The notes beneath the pieces were generated by a model, which was given only the letters and a program-made list of their open reading frames with translations, was not told where the DNA came from and did not search any database. Below, one piece after another: positions 10,537 to 22,900 of a stretch of DNA of 64,000 nucleotides. Made by a program: the position numbers and the translations under genes. Within the stretch, counting starts at the first letter, position 1. Each line of letters begins with the position of its first letter. The DNA is taken from NCBI GenBank assembly GCA_963829055.1, contig CAWHHI010000011.1, forward strand, positions 480,001-544,000, written 5' to 3'. This DNA is from an uncultured Gemmatimonadaceae bacterium. GTDB lineage: Bacteria; Gemmatimonadota; Gemmatimonadetes; Gemmatimonadales; Gemmatimonadaceae.

Positions 10537-12340
10537 TTAGGCAACGCTTGCACCAACGTTCAATGCCCTTCTATACAGATCGCGGTAGCGAGCTTCGGAC
10601 TTCTCCCACCCGAAGTCACGCGCCATCGCTTCCCGCATCATCCCGCGCCATGCCTCCGGATCGTGATACTGATCCAGCGCTCGCACTGCCGCGTGCATGA
10701 ACTCCTCCGACGTGTAGCCGTCGAACAGGAAGCCCGTCACGCCGTCCTCGATCGTATCCGCCAGTCCACCGACGCGACGCGCCACCGGAATGGTGCCGTA
10801 GCGCTGCGCACGCATCTGCGTCAGTCCGCAGGGCTCGTACTGCGACGGCATGAGACACATGTCCGCGCCCGCCATCAGCCGGTGCTCGAGCCGATCCGTG
10901 AAGTTGAACTCACACGCGATGCGCCCTGGCGCGCGCTCCGCGAGCTCGCGCAACTCCGCCTCGTAACGCGGCTCTCCCGCGCCGAGAAACAGGAACTGCG
11001 CGTCGAGCGCGAAGTAGTCGTTGTAGCCGAGGATGAGATCGAGCCCCTTCTGATACGTCAGGCGCGCGCTCATCGCGAAGATCGGAATGTTCGCCCGCTG
11101 CTTGAGCCCGAAGATGCGCTGCAGCGACGCCTTGCATTTCTTCTTGTTCTCGAGCGTCTCGCGGCGTGTAGTGCGTCGTGATCTGTTTGTCGTTCGCCGG
11201 ATCCCACACGCGTTGATCGATGCCGTTCACGATGCCGACGAATCGGTCACGCAGCCCGATGAACGTGTCCTGCAGTCCGAAACCGCCGAACGGCGTGCGC
11301 AGCTCGTGCGCGTGCGTCGGGCTCACCGTCGTCGCCATGTCGGAGAACGTCAGGCCGCCCTTGAGGAAGTTCATCCGATCGTACCACTCGAGGTGACGAT
11401 GGGTGAACAGCTCCCACGGCAGTCCGACGTCGGCCATCGTGTGCGCCGGATACTGGCCCTGGAATCCCGCGTTATGCACCGACAGCACCGTGCGCACCTG
11501 ACGGTAGTACTGATCCGCCATGAAGTACGTGCGCAGGTACACGGACGCGAGCGCGGCATGCCAGTCGTGCGCGTGGAGAATGACCGGCGCCTCGGGCGCG
11601 ATGCGCGGCAACGCCAGCAGCGCGGCGAGCGAGAAGAATGCATAACGCCGCGGATTGTCCGGATAATCGTACCCGTTCTCACCATAGAGTCCGGGCCGAT
11701 CGAAGAAATGCGGATGATCGAGGAAGTACACGCGCGGGCTGCCGCGGGACTTCGAGCGACGGTCGGGCGTGATCTGAAACAGGCGCGCCTGCTCCTGCAT
11801 CGGGCCCACCTGCACCATGAACGGCTCGCCCACCGGCTCGAGGTTCGGCGCGACGGCGTGCACCTGGCGATAGAGCGGCATGATGATCGCCGTCGGAATG
11901 CCCGACGCCGACTGGAACTCGGCCAGACTCTTCACCGCTTCGCCAAGGCCGCCCGTCCGCGCGAACGGCGCAAGCTCGGCGACGATGTGCACCACCGATA
12001 CGATGCGTCCGTCGTCGGAGCGGAGCGGGTTGAGCGCGTCGGGGATCGCCGGCTGTGCGCCGGACCGACTCCGCACGGTGCCCGGCTCCCGAATTGACGA
12101 CGTCTGCTGGGCGTCGGCCGCTGAATACGGGTCGAGTGGGTCGACGCTCTCGGCCATCATCGTGTCGTCAGGCGCGACTGGCATGAACGATGGCCCGATG
12201 CCGACCTCGCGGTCGCCTGTGACGCCTGGCGTGGGCGGCGCCGCCGCGCCCGCCGAATACGCGATGCCCTCGGCCTCGGGATCGCGCATCGATTCACCCG
12301 TGCCCATCTCTTCCCGGCCGCCCTTCCGTCTCGCTCTCAT
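10537..12340 (-). CDS. glgA: Glycogen synthase (GT5) with long N-terminal extension (frameshift near 11160)
   Basis: ELAPFARTGGLG, HAHDWH, HNAGFQG, TVSPTHA, NGID; ARLTYQKG, MPSQYEPCGLTQM, VGGLADT in ORF 10537..11073; exact start uncertain. Confidence 0.9.
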
Positions 12341-12391
12341 TGTCTCACCGCTTTGATCTGCCGCTGCGGATTCCAGCCATCCGTTGACCGA

Positions 12392-12424
12392 CCGATTCCC
12401 GATTCCCTATTCCCGATTCCCGAC
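12392..12424. repeat. Tandem heptamer (CCCGATT)n
   Basis: CCGATTCCCGATTCCCTATTCCCGATTCCCGAC directly after the glgP stop. Confidence 0.75.
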
Positions 12425-14600
12425 TCAGGCGGTTGGCGGATCGTCGCCTGTCGTGTCCCCGGCCACTGCCGGAACGTAGTAGTTGGTCACGTACTCCTGG
12501 AGCATTCGCCGCGCCGTAAAAAAGGAGCCCGACACGCGGAGGGCGTGCTTCATCTTCTGCACGAAACCTACGGGTACACCATCTTCGTTCCGTTCATAGA
12601 AAAGCGGAACCACATGACGCTCGAGAAGAACGTACAGGCGTTCCACATCTTCGCGATCGGCGTCTGTGCCGCGAGCCGCCGTGGGGATCGCCCAGCCGTT
12701 CAGGCCATCGAACGCCTCCGGCCACCATCCATCGAGCGTCGAGAGGTGCGGCACGCCATTCAGCGCCGCCTTCATCCCGCTCGTCCCGCTCGCTTCCATC
12801 GGAACGCGCGGCAGGTTCATCCAGAGATCCACGCCCTGCACGAGCACGTGCGCCAGGTGCAGGTCGTAGTCCTCGATGAACGCGACGCGCCCTTCCAGGC
12901 TCGGATCCCGGCTGAAGTTGTAGACCTCCTGCAGAATCTCCTTGCCCGGATTGTCGGACGGATGCGCTTTGCCGGCGAAGATCGAGCTGCACTGGTCTCC
13001 GCTGGTTCGTCAATAGCTCGCGCAACCGCTCGAGGTCCTCGAAGATCAGGTTCGCGCGCTTGTACGTCGCGAACCGCCGCGCGAACCCGATCGTGAGCGC
13101 GTTCGGATCGAGCAACGTCCCGGCACCAACAACATGCGCGGCCTCCTTCCACTGCCGCGCCCAACGGCGTCGCGCCTGCTCGCGAATGAAGCCGATCAGC
13201 CGGCGCTTCATTCGATGATGCGCGCGCCACAGCTCGCCGTCATCGATCGACAGCACGCAGTCCCAGAAGCCCGGCTCGTCGAGCCGACTTCCCCAATGCT
13301 TTCCGGCCTTTTCGTCCAGCAGCTCCATGACGTCGCGCGCCATCCACGTCGCCAGGTGAACGCCGTTCGTGATGTGCCCGATGGGCACATCGTCCGCCGT
13401 CCGCTCGGGCCAGAGGTTCCGCCAGATCTCGCGCGAGACCTCGCCGTGCCGCTTGGCGACGCCGTTCACGTGCGACGATAGACGAAGCGCCGCCACGGTC
13501 ATGTGGAACTGCCCGTGATTCTCGATCGGATGGCGTCCGAATTCGGCGATACGCTCGCGCGGGACCTTCATCTCGTCCCAGATCGGGCCCGTGCATTCCG
13601 CGACCTGGTCCATCATGAACGAGTCGTGCCCAGCAGGCACCGGCGTGTGGGTCGTGAAGACGCTCGTCGCCCGAACACGACGCACGGCCTCGTCGAAGTC
13701 GACGCCCTGGAGGACGTACTCGCGAACGCGCTCCACGAGCATGAACGCCGCGTGTCCCTCGTTGGCATGCCACGCCGCCGGCTCGATGCCGACCGCGCGC
13801 AGCACGCGCACGCCTCCGACGCCGAGGATCCATTCCTGGCGCAAGCGAAGATCGGGGCCGCCGGCGTACAGCTTACTGGCGAGATCGCGGTCCTGCGGGT
13901 CGTTCTCCTCGAGGTTCGTGTCGAGGAAATAGACCGGCACGCGACCCACCATCATGCGCCACGCCCCGACGTGAATGTCGCGGCCGTGCGTCTGCACGAC
14001 GGCGAGCCACGGCTTCTGTCCCGGCCCGAACACCTGCTCCAGTGGCGCACTCGACGGATCGAACTGCTCGTCCGTGTCCTCCTGCCATCCGTCGAGACGG
14101 AGGTGCTGGTCGAAGTAGCCCTTCGTGTAGAAGAGGCCCACGCCAACGAGTGGGACCCCAAGATCCGAGGCGGCCTTGCAGTGATCGCCGGCCAGCACGC
14201 CGAGGCCACCGGAGTAGATCGGCACGGAGTTGTGGAGGCCGAACTCCGCGCAGAAATACGCGATCGGCCGGGTGACGAGATCGGGCTGGTTTTTGGCGAA
14301 CCACGTGTCCTGGTTCGATCGCTCACGCTCGAGTTTCTGCATGAGGCGATCGTACATCTCGAGGAACTGCGGATCGCGCGCGACGGCACTGAGACGTTCC
14401 GGGTGAACGCGCCGGAGCACCTGAATCGGATTGTGTCGCGTGAAGTGCCACAACGGCTCGTCGATGGTCGCGAACAGCGTGCGAGCGTTGCGGCTCCAGC
14501 TCCACGAAATGTTCATCGCCAGCGACGCGAGTCCTTCGATGCGCGGTGGCAGGTACGGGAATCGTCGGCGGTTGGCCATGACCGGGTAGGCTAATGGCAT
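12425..14600 (-). CDS. glgP: Alpha-glucan (glycogen) phosphorylase (frameshift near 12985)
   Basis: AYFCAEFG, YSGGLGVLAGDH, NEGHAAF, FTTHTPVPAGHD, GFARRFATYKR, MEASGTSGMKAA PLP site. Confidence 0.93.
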
Positions 14601-14952
14601 CGAGCGATGCCGGGAAGCCGAGTGAAACGAAGGTGCCGGATACTGCTCTGCATTCACGCATCATCGCGCGGCGGTCGGTGGGAACGACGATGGCGCGGAT
14701 GAAACGGAAGAAGCAGGATAGCGCTCGGTAGGGGCAGCTCCGCGCGCAACGAGCGGAGAATTTGGGAACAGCCCTCGGGACGGGTTGGTCTACCGAGCGG
14801 CTGTTCCCATTGCTTCAGAGAGTCCGGTGATGAGCCAGCGTCAATGCAAAGCCGGATCCGGCCGTTTTCCGTCTCATCCGCCCAATCGCAGTTCCCACCG
14901 GCCCCGGCGCGATGATGCCGACGGCACGAACGGCCGACGCGATGATCGCGGA

Positions 14953-16881
14953 TCAGGCAGGCGGCGGCGCCTTCGTCGTATCCGCGCCGATCGTCCCCTT
15001 ACAGAAAACCTCCACCTGCTTCGCCGAGATGGGCTGGAGCTGCGTGAGGTAGTCCTGGTACTGCTTCACGGCTTCGGCCGCGACCTCCACACCCGCCGCG
15101 AGATTCGGCTGCGCGAACGCCAGCATGTCGAAGCCGAGCCGACTCAGTTCGCAGTCCTTCGTCTTTGGCGCCTCGGTGGCCGCGCTCTGCGCGACCGACA
15201 ACGCCGCCGCGCCCATCAGGAGCTTCGCCTGTGGCGAGTTCTTCACGCTGTCCGCCAGCGCGAGGAACCGCAACGCGAGCATGTAATCCGGGCGCATCTT
15301 CGTGCTGTTCGCCGCGCGGTACAACTGGTTGCCGCGGGCGAGCGCGAACTGCGCGATCAGCGCGCTGTCCTCGCCGACGGAGAGCGCGCGTTTGAGCGTC
15401 GCGAACGCGCTGTCGTTCTGCCCCAATTCCGCCTGGGCGCGCGCGAGCTGGATGTGCCCGTGCTGAATCGTGGAGTCGAGCGCCAGCGCCTCACGCATCA
15501 CGTCCACCGACTCCTCCGCCTTCCCGCGCGTCTTGAGGTCCTGCGACTGCATGATCTTGAACTCCGCGTTCTGCGGGAATGCCGCGAGACCACGCGTTAG
15601 GCCCTCGACCGCTTCGCCACGTACGAGCTGCACGTACATCGAGAAGATGCGCGGATCCTTCGGGAAGGCCTGCAGCCCGCGCGCCGCGACCTCGACCGCG
15701 CGCACCACGTCCCCATTGGACTTGTACGCGGTCGCCAACCGGAGCAGGAACGTCGAGTCCTTCATCGACAGCGAGTCGGTGGCGAGCAGGATGCCGCCGA
15801 TGCGCGTCGCTTCCTTCCACGACTTGTTCGCGAACAGCACCTGCCACCGGAGTCGCAACAGTCCCATGTGCTCCGGCGCGGCATCCGACAGCCGCGCCAC
15901 GAGCGGCTCGGCTTTCAGTGAGTTGCCGTCGAAGATCAGCGCGGAAACGACGCGCTCGCCGAGCGCGATGTCGGTCGTGTCGGCCGCTTGCAGTCGCAGC
16001 CACATCTCCGCTGCGCGATCCTTGTTCTTGAGGACGTCGTACGCCTGCGCCGCGCCCTCGAGCGCGTAAAAGCTCGCCGTGTCTACACGCAGCATCTCAC
16101 TCACGACGCCCAACACGGAATCAGCCGCGGTTCCAACCACGAGATGCGCGGCGAGCATGCATCGCCGAGCGAGCGTCGAGCGCGGGTAGAGCTTCACGCC
16201 TTCACGCGCCGCCTCGACTGCCTGAGCCGCTCGCCCGTCGCGGAGATGGTTCTCGCAGCGACGCTGCGGCGTGAGCTGTCGTCGCGCCTCGGTGACCGCG
16301 GCCGCCATTCGCGCTGCCGCACGCTCCGCATCAGGATCGATGGCGTCGGGGAGCGGCTGCTGCATGCGGACGTCGCGCGCGAGAATCAGGCGCGCGCTGA
16401 CGCGATAGCCCGCCGGCGTCTTGTCCACGGTGCCCATGAGGTACTCGTCCGCTCGCAGGTAGCGCGACAGCGCGCGCACCTGCGTCAGGTCGGGCACCAT
16501 ATCCGCTGGGAATCCGGCGTTGAACAGCGCCGTGGTCAGCGACTTCTCGTCGACGACCTCGAGATCGCGTTTGTTGCCCGCCTTCTCGACGCGTCCGCGG
16601 ATCTCGTCGGCGACCTTGTTGCCGACCTTCTTGTCAGCGCTCTTGAAGGGCGCGATGAGCAAGCCCTGTTGGGTGAACTCCTGCTGGCGTTGGGCGCCGA
16701 GGGGAGAGCCCGCCGGGGCTACGAGTGCCAGGAACAACGTCGCGACGGCCACAGCACGTATCGCGCGCCCAGAAACGCACCACTCCACCGGTGATCCTCG
16801 ACGAAAAGACAAGGCCGACCGTCCCCCGGCCGGCTCGACCGCCACGTCACATATGCGAACGTTAAATCGCCGGACGAACAA
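14953..16881 (-). CDS. Secreted TPR-like helical repeat protein, hypothetical
   Basis: Intact 642-codon ORF; signal-peptide-like AIRAVAVATLFLALVAPA...GAQ (true start probably near 16775); Ala/Leu-rich TPR-like helices. Confidence 0.7.
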   Translation of the reverse strand: MFVRRFNVRICDVAVEPAGGRSALSFRRGSPVEWCVSGRAIRAVAVATLFLALVAPAGSPLGAQRQQEFTQQGLLIAPFKSADKKVGNKVADEIRGRVEKAGNKRDLEVVDEKSLTTALFNAGFPADMVPDLTQVRALSRYLRADEYLMGTVDKTPAGYRVSARLILARDVRMQQPLPDAIDPDAERAAARMAAAVTEARRQLTPQRRCENHLRDGRAAQAVEAAREGVKLYPRSTLARRCMLAAHLVVGTAADSVLGVVSEMLRVDTASFYALEGAAQAYDVLKNKDRAAEMWLRLQAADTTDIALGERVVSALIFDGNSLKAEPLVARLSDAAPEHMGLLRLRWQVLFANKSWKEATRIGGILLATDSLSMKDSTFLLRLATAYKSNGDVVRAVEVAARGLQAFPKDPRIFSMYVQLVRGEAVEGLTRGLAAFPQNAEFKIMQSQDLKTRGKAEESVDVMREALALDSTIQHGHIQLARAQAELGQNDSAFATLKRALSVGEDSALIAQFALARGNQLYRAANSTKMRPDYMLALRFLALADSVKNSPQAKLLMGAAALSVAQSAATEAPKTKDCELSRLGFDMLAFAQPNLAAGVEVAAEAVKQYQDYLTQLQPISAKQVEVFCKGTIGADTTKAPPPA

Positions 16882-16941
16882 AGGTTGTCAAGCTGCGCAC
16901 CCGCCGTCTCGTCATAATACGTCTCGCCCCCGCAAATCCGG

Positions 16942-19900
16942 TCATCCGATCTCGACCACGACCTCGTGGCGTTGCCCATCGTCCACCAGCGGGATCGTCA
17001 GCTCCGCCCGATCCGCTCCATCGACCGTCACCCGCGTGACGTCCTGGTCGCGGCCAACTCTCGTGACGGTCACGGCATACGTGGACGACAGGTAGCGATA
17101 CTCCAGCGCGAACGACTTCCAGGCGCGCGGCACGCACGGCTCGATCGTCAGCGTCTCGCCGTGCTTCGTGAACCCGAGAATGGTCTCGAGGCCAACCCGG
17201 TACATCCACGACGCCGACCCGGTGTACCACGTCCAGCCGCCGCGCCCCAGATGCCCGGTGGCCGTGTACACGTCGGCAGCCACCACGTAGGGCTCTACCT
17301 TATACCTGCTCACGTCCTCCGGCGTCACCGAATGCGTGAGCGGATTGATCATCTGATACAGCTCGAAGGCGCGGTCGCCGTCGCCGGCCAGAGCGGTCGC
17401 GAGGACAGCCCAGAGCGCCGCATGGGTGTACTGCGCGCCGTTCTCCCGCACGCCAGGGAGATAGCCTTTGATGTAGCCCGGGTCGTGGACGGTCTTATCG
17501 AACGGCGGCGTGAGCAGCATGATCAGCCGCGCGTCGGGTCGCACGAGCCGCTCCTGCAGCGACGCCATGGCGCGCGCGCGCTTGTCCAGCTCTCCGGCGC
17601 CGGAGATCACGCTCCAGCTCTGCGCGATCGAGTCGATCTGGCACTCGTCATTCTCGGCCGAGCCTAACGGGGCGCCGTCGTCGAAGTAGGCGCGGCGGTA
17701 CCACGCGCCGTCCCACGCCGCCTCGTTGGCGGCTTTCGCGTACAGCTCCGCCGATACGCGCAGCTCGCCGGCGGACGCGCCGTCGCCCTGGCTGTCGCAG
17801 TGATCGGCGAACGCGCGCAGGGTGTCGTTGAGGAACCAGGCGAGCCACACGCTCTCCCCACGCCCCTCGATGCCGACGCGGTTCATGCCATCGTTCCAGT
17901 CGCCGACGCCGATGAGCGGCAGCCCGTGCGCACCGACGGTGCAGGCATGGCGCAGCGCCCGCAGGCAGTGCTCGTAGAGCGATGCCGTCTGCGTCGGATA
18001 CGTTAGGCAGGTCGTACACCTCGTGCTCGTGCGGCTCGAGCGGCCGCATCTCGATGAACGGCACGAGCTCGTTCAGGATCGTCGGCGTCGCCTGTCGTCC
18101 GGATGTAGTGATCCACGACGAACGGGAGCCACACGAGATCGTCCGAGAAGCGCGTGCGCGTACCGCGGCCGGTGTGCGCGTGCCACCAGTGCTGCACGTC
18201 GCCCTCGACGAACTGCCGCGCCGCCGATCGCAGGATGTGCTCGCGCGCGATGGCCGGATCGTGATACACGAACGCCATGGCGTCCTGCAGCTGGTCGCGG
18301 AAGCCGAACGCGCCGCTCGACTGATAGAACGCCGATCGCGCCCACATGCGACACGAGAGCGCCTGATAGAGCGACCAGCGATTGATCATCGCGTCGAACG
18401 TGGCGTCCGGCGTTTTCACCGTGATCGTCCCGAGGCGGTGCGCCCAGTCGGCGATGGTGGCGTCGATCGCCGCGTTCGCGGCGCCCGTGCCGCCATACCT
18501 TCCGATCAGCGTGCGCGCCTCGTCCACGCCACGGGCGGCGCCCAGCAGCACGATGACGTCGCGTGTTTCGTTAGGCGCGAGCGAGATCGTGCGCCTGCAG
18601 TGCGGCACACGGGTCGACGGCGGCGCCCACGGTCTCGCCGAGCGCCGCGCCGTCTGCCAGTCCAATCGGCCGCTGCAGGTCACCGTTCCGGCCGATGAAC
18701 TCACGCCGATCGGCCGTGTAGCCGGCGAGCGGCTCGCTGATCCAGCTGAACGCGACGCGGTCGGCGAAGCTGGCGTCGAAGTAGTTCGACGCGAAGATCG
18801 CCTGCGTCTCGCGGTCGAACGTCGTCACGATCTGGTGCTGCGTGTGCTCGCGCATGACGCCCAGCGCCCACTCGACGAAGCTCGTCATGGTCAGCGCAGC
18901 GGGTCGACCGCTCCGATTTGTCAGGCGAAGACGCGTGAGCTTGACCGGATCGGTGGGTGCCATGCTGACGGTGAGCTCACTGGCGATTCCGCCGCGCTCG
19001 TGCAGGAACGTGGTGAATCCCGCACCGTGCCGCACGGTGTACTGAGAGCTGTCGCGCGCGATGGCCGGCGTGGGCGACCACAGCGCGCCCGATCGCATCA
19101 CGCAGGTAGACGATCTCGGTGCACGGGTCGCTCACCGGGTCGTTGTACCACGGCGTTAGGCGGAAGAAGTAGCTGTTCTCGACCCAGGCAAACCCACCAC
19201 CGCGCTCGGTGACGACGAACCCCGCCTGCGGATTCGCGATGACGTTCGACCACGGCGCCGGCGGCAGGGCGTCGCCGGTGAGGGTGATTTCGTAGTCCAG
19301 GTCGGGCGTGAGGCCGTGTTTCAGCACCGGCGACTTGGGCGCCGGGAACGGGGAACCGGGAACCGAGGCTGCTCGCTGTTTGCTGCGTGCAGCACCGGTT
19401 CCTGGTTCCCCGTTCCCGGTTCCCGCTTTGTCTCCTCGTCCGAAATCAGGAAGCTCGAAGCTCTCGGCGAGATCGAGCGCGGCGTCGCGCGCATACGCTT
19501 TCGCGCGCGCCAGCACCGTGCTCACCACGCCTTCGCCGCTCACGTCGCTGACGGTTCGTGGGTCCCACGCACCGTTCCCCGAATCTCGATTCGAGAAGAT
19601 CGACAGGCGACGCGGTCGCTCCGGCTCGTCAGGCGGCTGCTCCTCGACCTCCGGCGCGTCGAGCACGCGCCCGAGCCCGAGCCCGTCACAGACGACGTGA
19701 ACGCGCGCCGTCGTGCGCACCAACCGCAACACATCGGGCATCAGCAGGTCGGCGCGTCTGATGAAGATGCCGCCCGGCTTGTCCGCGAGATGCGTTTCGC
19801 TCGATCCCATCACCATCGCGAGCAGTTGGTCGGCAAGCTCCTGTTGATAGGACGGTGCTCGCGTGATGAGAATGACGAGATCCACCGTCATTCCCTTGAG

Positions 19901-22900
19901 CCGCCAGTAACGATGCGCCTGCAGCAGTTGCCGCACCGTCGGCAGCCCTTCGACGGAGTCGATCGTCGCGAGCAGAATGGGCCAGTCGCCCGACAGACCG
20001 ACGGTCCACAGCTCTCGCTGCCCGAGACGGTTTTCGCGCATCTCGTGCTGCGTCGAGCGGGTCGGCGGGTTCGAGTAGAACAGGTGCCCCGCCATCTGCT
20101 GGAAGAGCGCCGCGTCCGACGGCGTTAGGCCGAGGTCGCGGAGCTCGACCTGCGTGCGCGTCCACGAGAGGTCGAGGGCCCGCTGCGCGCTGTACGGCTG
20201 GCGATACAGGTCCGCCAACTCGATCGCCCGCTCTCGCGTCTCCGCGACGAGCGTGGTGAACGCCACGCGCGCGGACTGCCCCGGCGCGAGCCGCACCCGC
20301 GCCCGAAGCGCGAAGATCGGATCGAGCACCGCGCCAGCGGTGCCGCTCAGTTTCGCCGAAGGCTCGAGCGCCGCGGGGCTGCGCGTGTCACGGCCACGCC
20401 CCACGAACTGCGCGCGGTCCGTCTCGAACGTGATGTCGCCGACGAGCTCGGGGCCGACGGCTGCCACGTGGGCGAGCCATCGTCGCGGCTCGTCGCTCGC
20501 GCGCGGACGGCGCGTCGCCAGGATCGCGCGCTCCGCCTGCACGCCACTCGGTCTCGACGAACAGGTTCGCGAACGCCGGGTGTGCTCGATCCGCATCCGG
20601 CGACGCGAGCACGATCTCGCCGTAGCTCGTGAGCTCGATCTCGCGCTCGATCCCCGAATGGTTGACGACCGTCACGCGCCGGACCTCGGCGTTGTCGTCC
20701 GAGACGACCGTCACGTCGAGCCGCGTCTCGACGTCGCCGTCTCGGCGGTCGAAGGAGATGCGGTCCATCGCGAACGACGCCTGATACGAGTCTGCCCGCT
20801 TCCCGGTCGGCTGAAACGTCGCGGACCACAGCCGACCTTCGGTGATATCGCGAACGTAGCACCACTGCCCGTGGTCGTCGCGCGTGCCATCGGCGCGCCA
20901 GCGGGTGATGGCGAGCTGCTCGTAGCGGCTGTAGCCGGCCCCGGCGTTGCTGAGCATCACGGTGAAGGGCAGACTCGCCAGCAGCCCCACGCGCGGCTGC
21001 GGCGTGTCCGGCGTCTCGACCTGCCTAACGGCTGGCTTCTCCCTCTCGACCGGCACGCGTCCGCCCTCCGCATCGCTCTCCTGCGCTTCCTGCAGGACGA
21101 GTCGGCGCGGGATACGCTCGTGCAGCACGAGCTCCACCGCGCGCGCGAGCGGCTCCGAGTGGAAGCGGCGTTGCCACGAATGGTCCGCCAATGCATTCGC
21201 GAGCGCGACGAAGCTCATGCCAATGTGGTGCGCCATGTACGCGCCCACCACACTCCTCGTCTGGCCCGGATCGGGGCGCGTGAAGTCCAGCGCCTCGCGG
21301 AACCCGTACGGACCCAGCATCCCCTCGCGCTCGAGCGCCGCGAGGTTGCGCATGGCTTCGTGTGGCTCCACCAGCAGCGCCAGCGCCGTCGCGTACGGCG
21401 CAATGACGACTTCCTTTCCGAGTCCGCGCTTGAGCGCGAGGTCGGGCACGCCGAACGCGCGGTACTGATACGTCATGTGCCGATCGCGCACGTTGTACGC
21501 CGACTCCGAAATCCCCCACGGCACCGAACGCTCGGCCGCATAGTCGATCTGACGCCGCACCGCGCCACGATACGTCTGATCGAGCAGCGTGTACGGGAAC
21601 GAGCGCATGACGAGCAGCGGCATCAGATACTCGAACATGCTGCCGCTCCACGACACGAGCGCCGTCGAGCGCGAAGACGCCGTGAGCGAGCGGCCGAGTC
21701 GGAACCAGTGCTCCACCGGCACGTCGTCCTTCGCGATCGCGACGTAGCTCGCGAGGCGCGCCTCCGACGCGAGCAGGTCGTAGTACGAGTTATCGAGGGT
21801 CGCCGAGTCCACGCTGTAGCCGATGGCGAACAGCTTGCGCCGAGCGTCGTAGAGGAACTTGAAGTCCATCTCCATCGCGTAGCGCTGCGCCGTGTGAGCG
21901 ATCGCCTCGAGCCGATCGACGCGCTCGCGGAGAATCGCGTTCGTCTCTGCTCCCACGCGCGGGGCGAGGTTCTCTGCGTCGCCAAGCTGCGTCCGCTCAG
22001 CCACGTGACGCTCGGCCAGGTTGGCCGCCCACGTCAGCCACTCACGCGCGCGCGGTGCTTCCTTCGGCGCCAGACCGGCCGCGTTCAACGTGGCATCCGC
22101 GCTGGCAAGCGCGCGCGATACGCGGACGAGTCCCGCGTCGTCCGTGACATCGGCGATCTCCGTGCGCGCCGTCTTGAGCAGCGCCGCGGCCTTCGACACC
22201 GCTTGCCAGCGTGCCGGATCCCCGACGCGCCCCGAGCTCGCGGCATCCGCGAACGACTCGTGTGTGATCGTCAGCGCCGACGCCAGTGCACGAACCGGCG
22301 CGCGCGCGTCCGGCGCCGACTCGATGATCTCGCGACACGCCTGCTTCAGCGCCAGCAGATGCCCCGCCAGATTGCCGCTGTCCACCGTCGAGATGTACGC
22401 GGGCTGCAGGACCTCGAGCCCCTGGAGATCGTACCAGTTGAAGAAGTGTCCGCGGTGCCGCCGCATGCGCTCGAGCGACTGGAACACGTGCTCGAGTCGG
22501 TCGAGCATCTCGCCGCACGTGAGCAGTCCGAGGTCGTACGCGCTCGTGATGCCCAGCAGTTGCAGCCCGACGTTCGTCGGAGATGTCCGCAACGCGACGA
22601 CCGGCTCCGGCGATTCCTGGAAGTTGTCGGGCGCGAGCCATTGCGTCTGCTCGCTGACGAACCGCTCGAAGAACCGCCAGTGGAAGATCGCATACCGCAT
22701 CGCGCGGTCGCGCTCGTCGGCGGCGAGTCTGAGCTCGCGGCGGAGCGCCGGCGCGCTCAGCGCGTGCGCGACGAGTGGGCCGACGGCCCACAGGAGCACG
22801 ATCGGAAGCGCGTACGCCAGCGTCGGCAGATGAACCGGGAGTCCGCTGGAGAATCCGACGTCGGCGCGGTGCCACGCGCTGATCCCGACGAGCACCGCGA

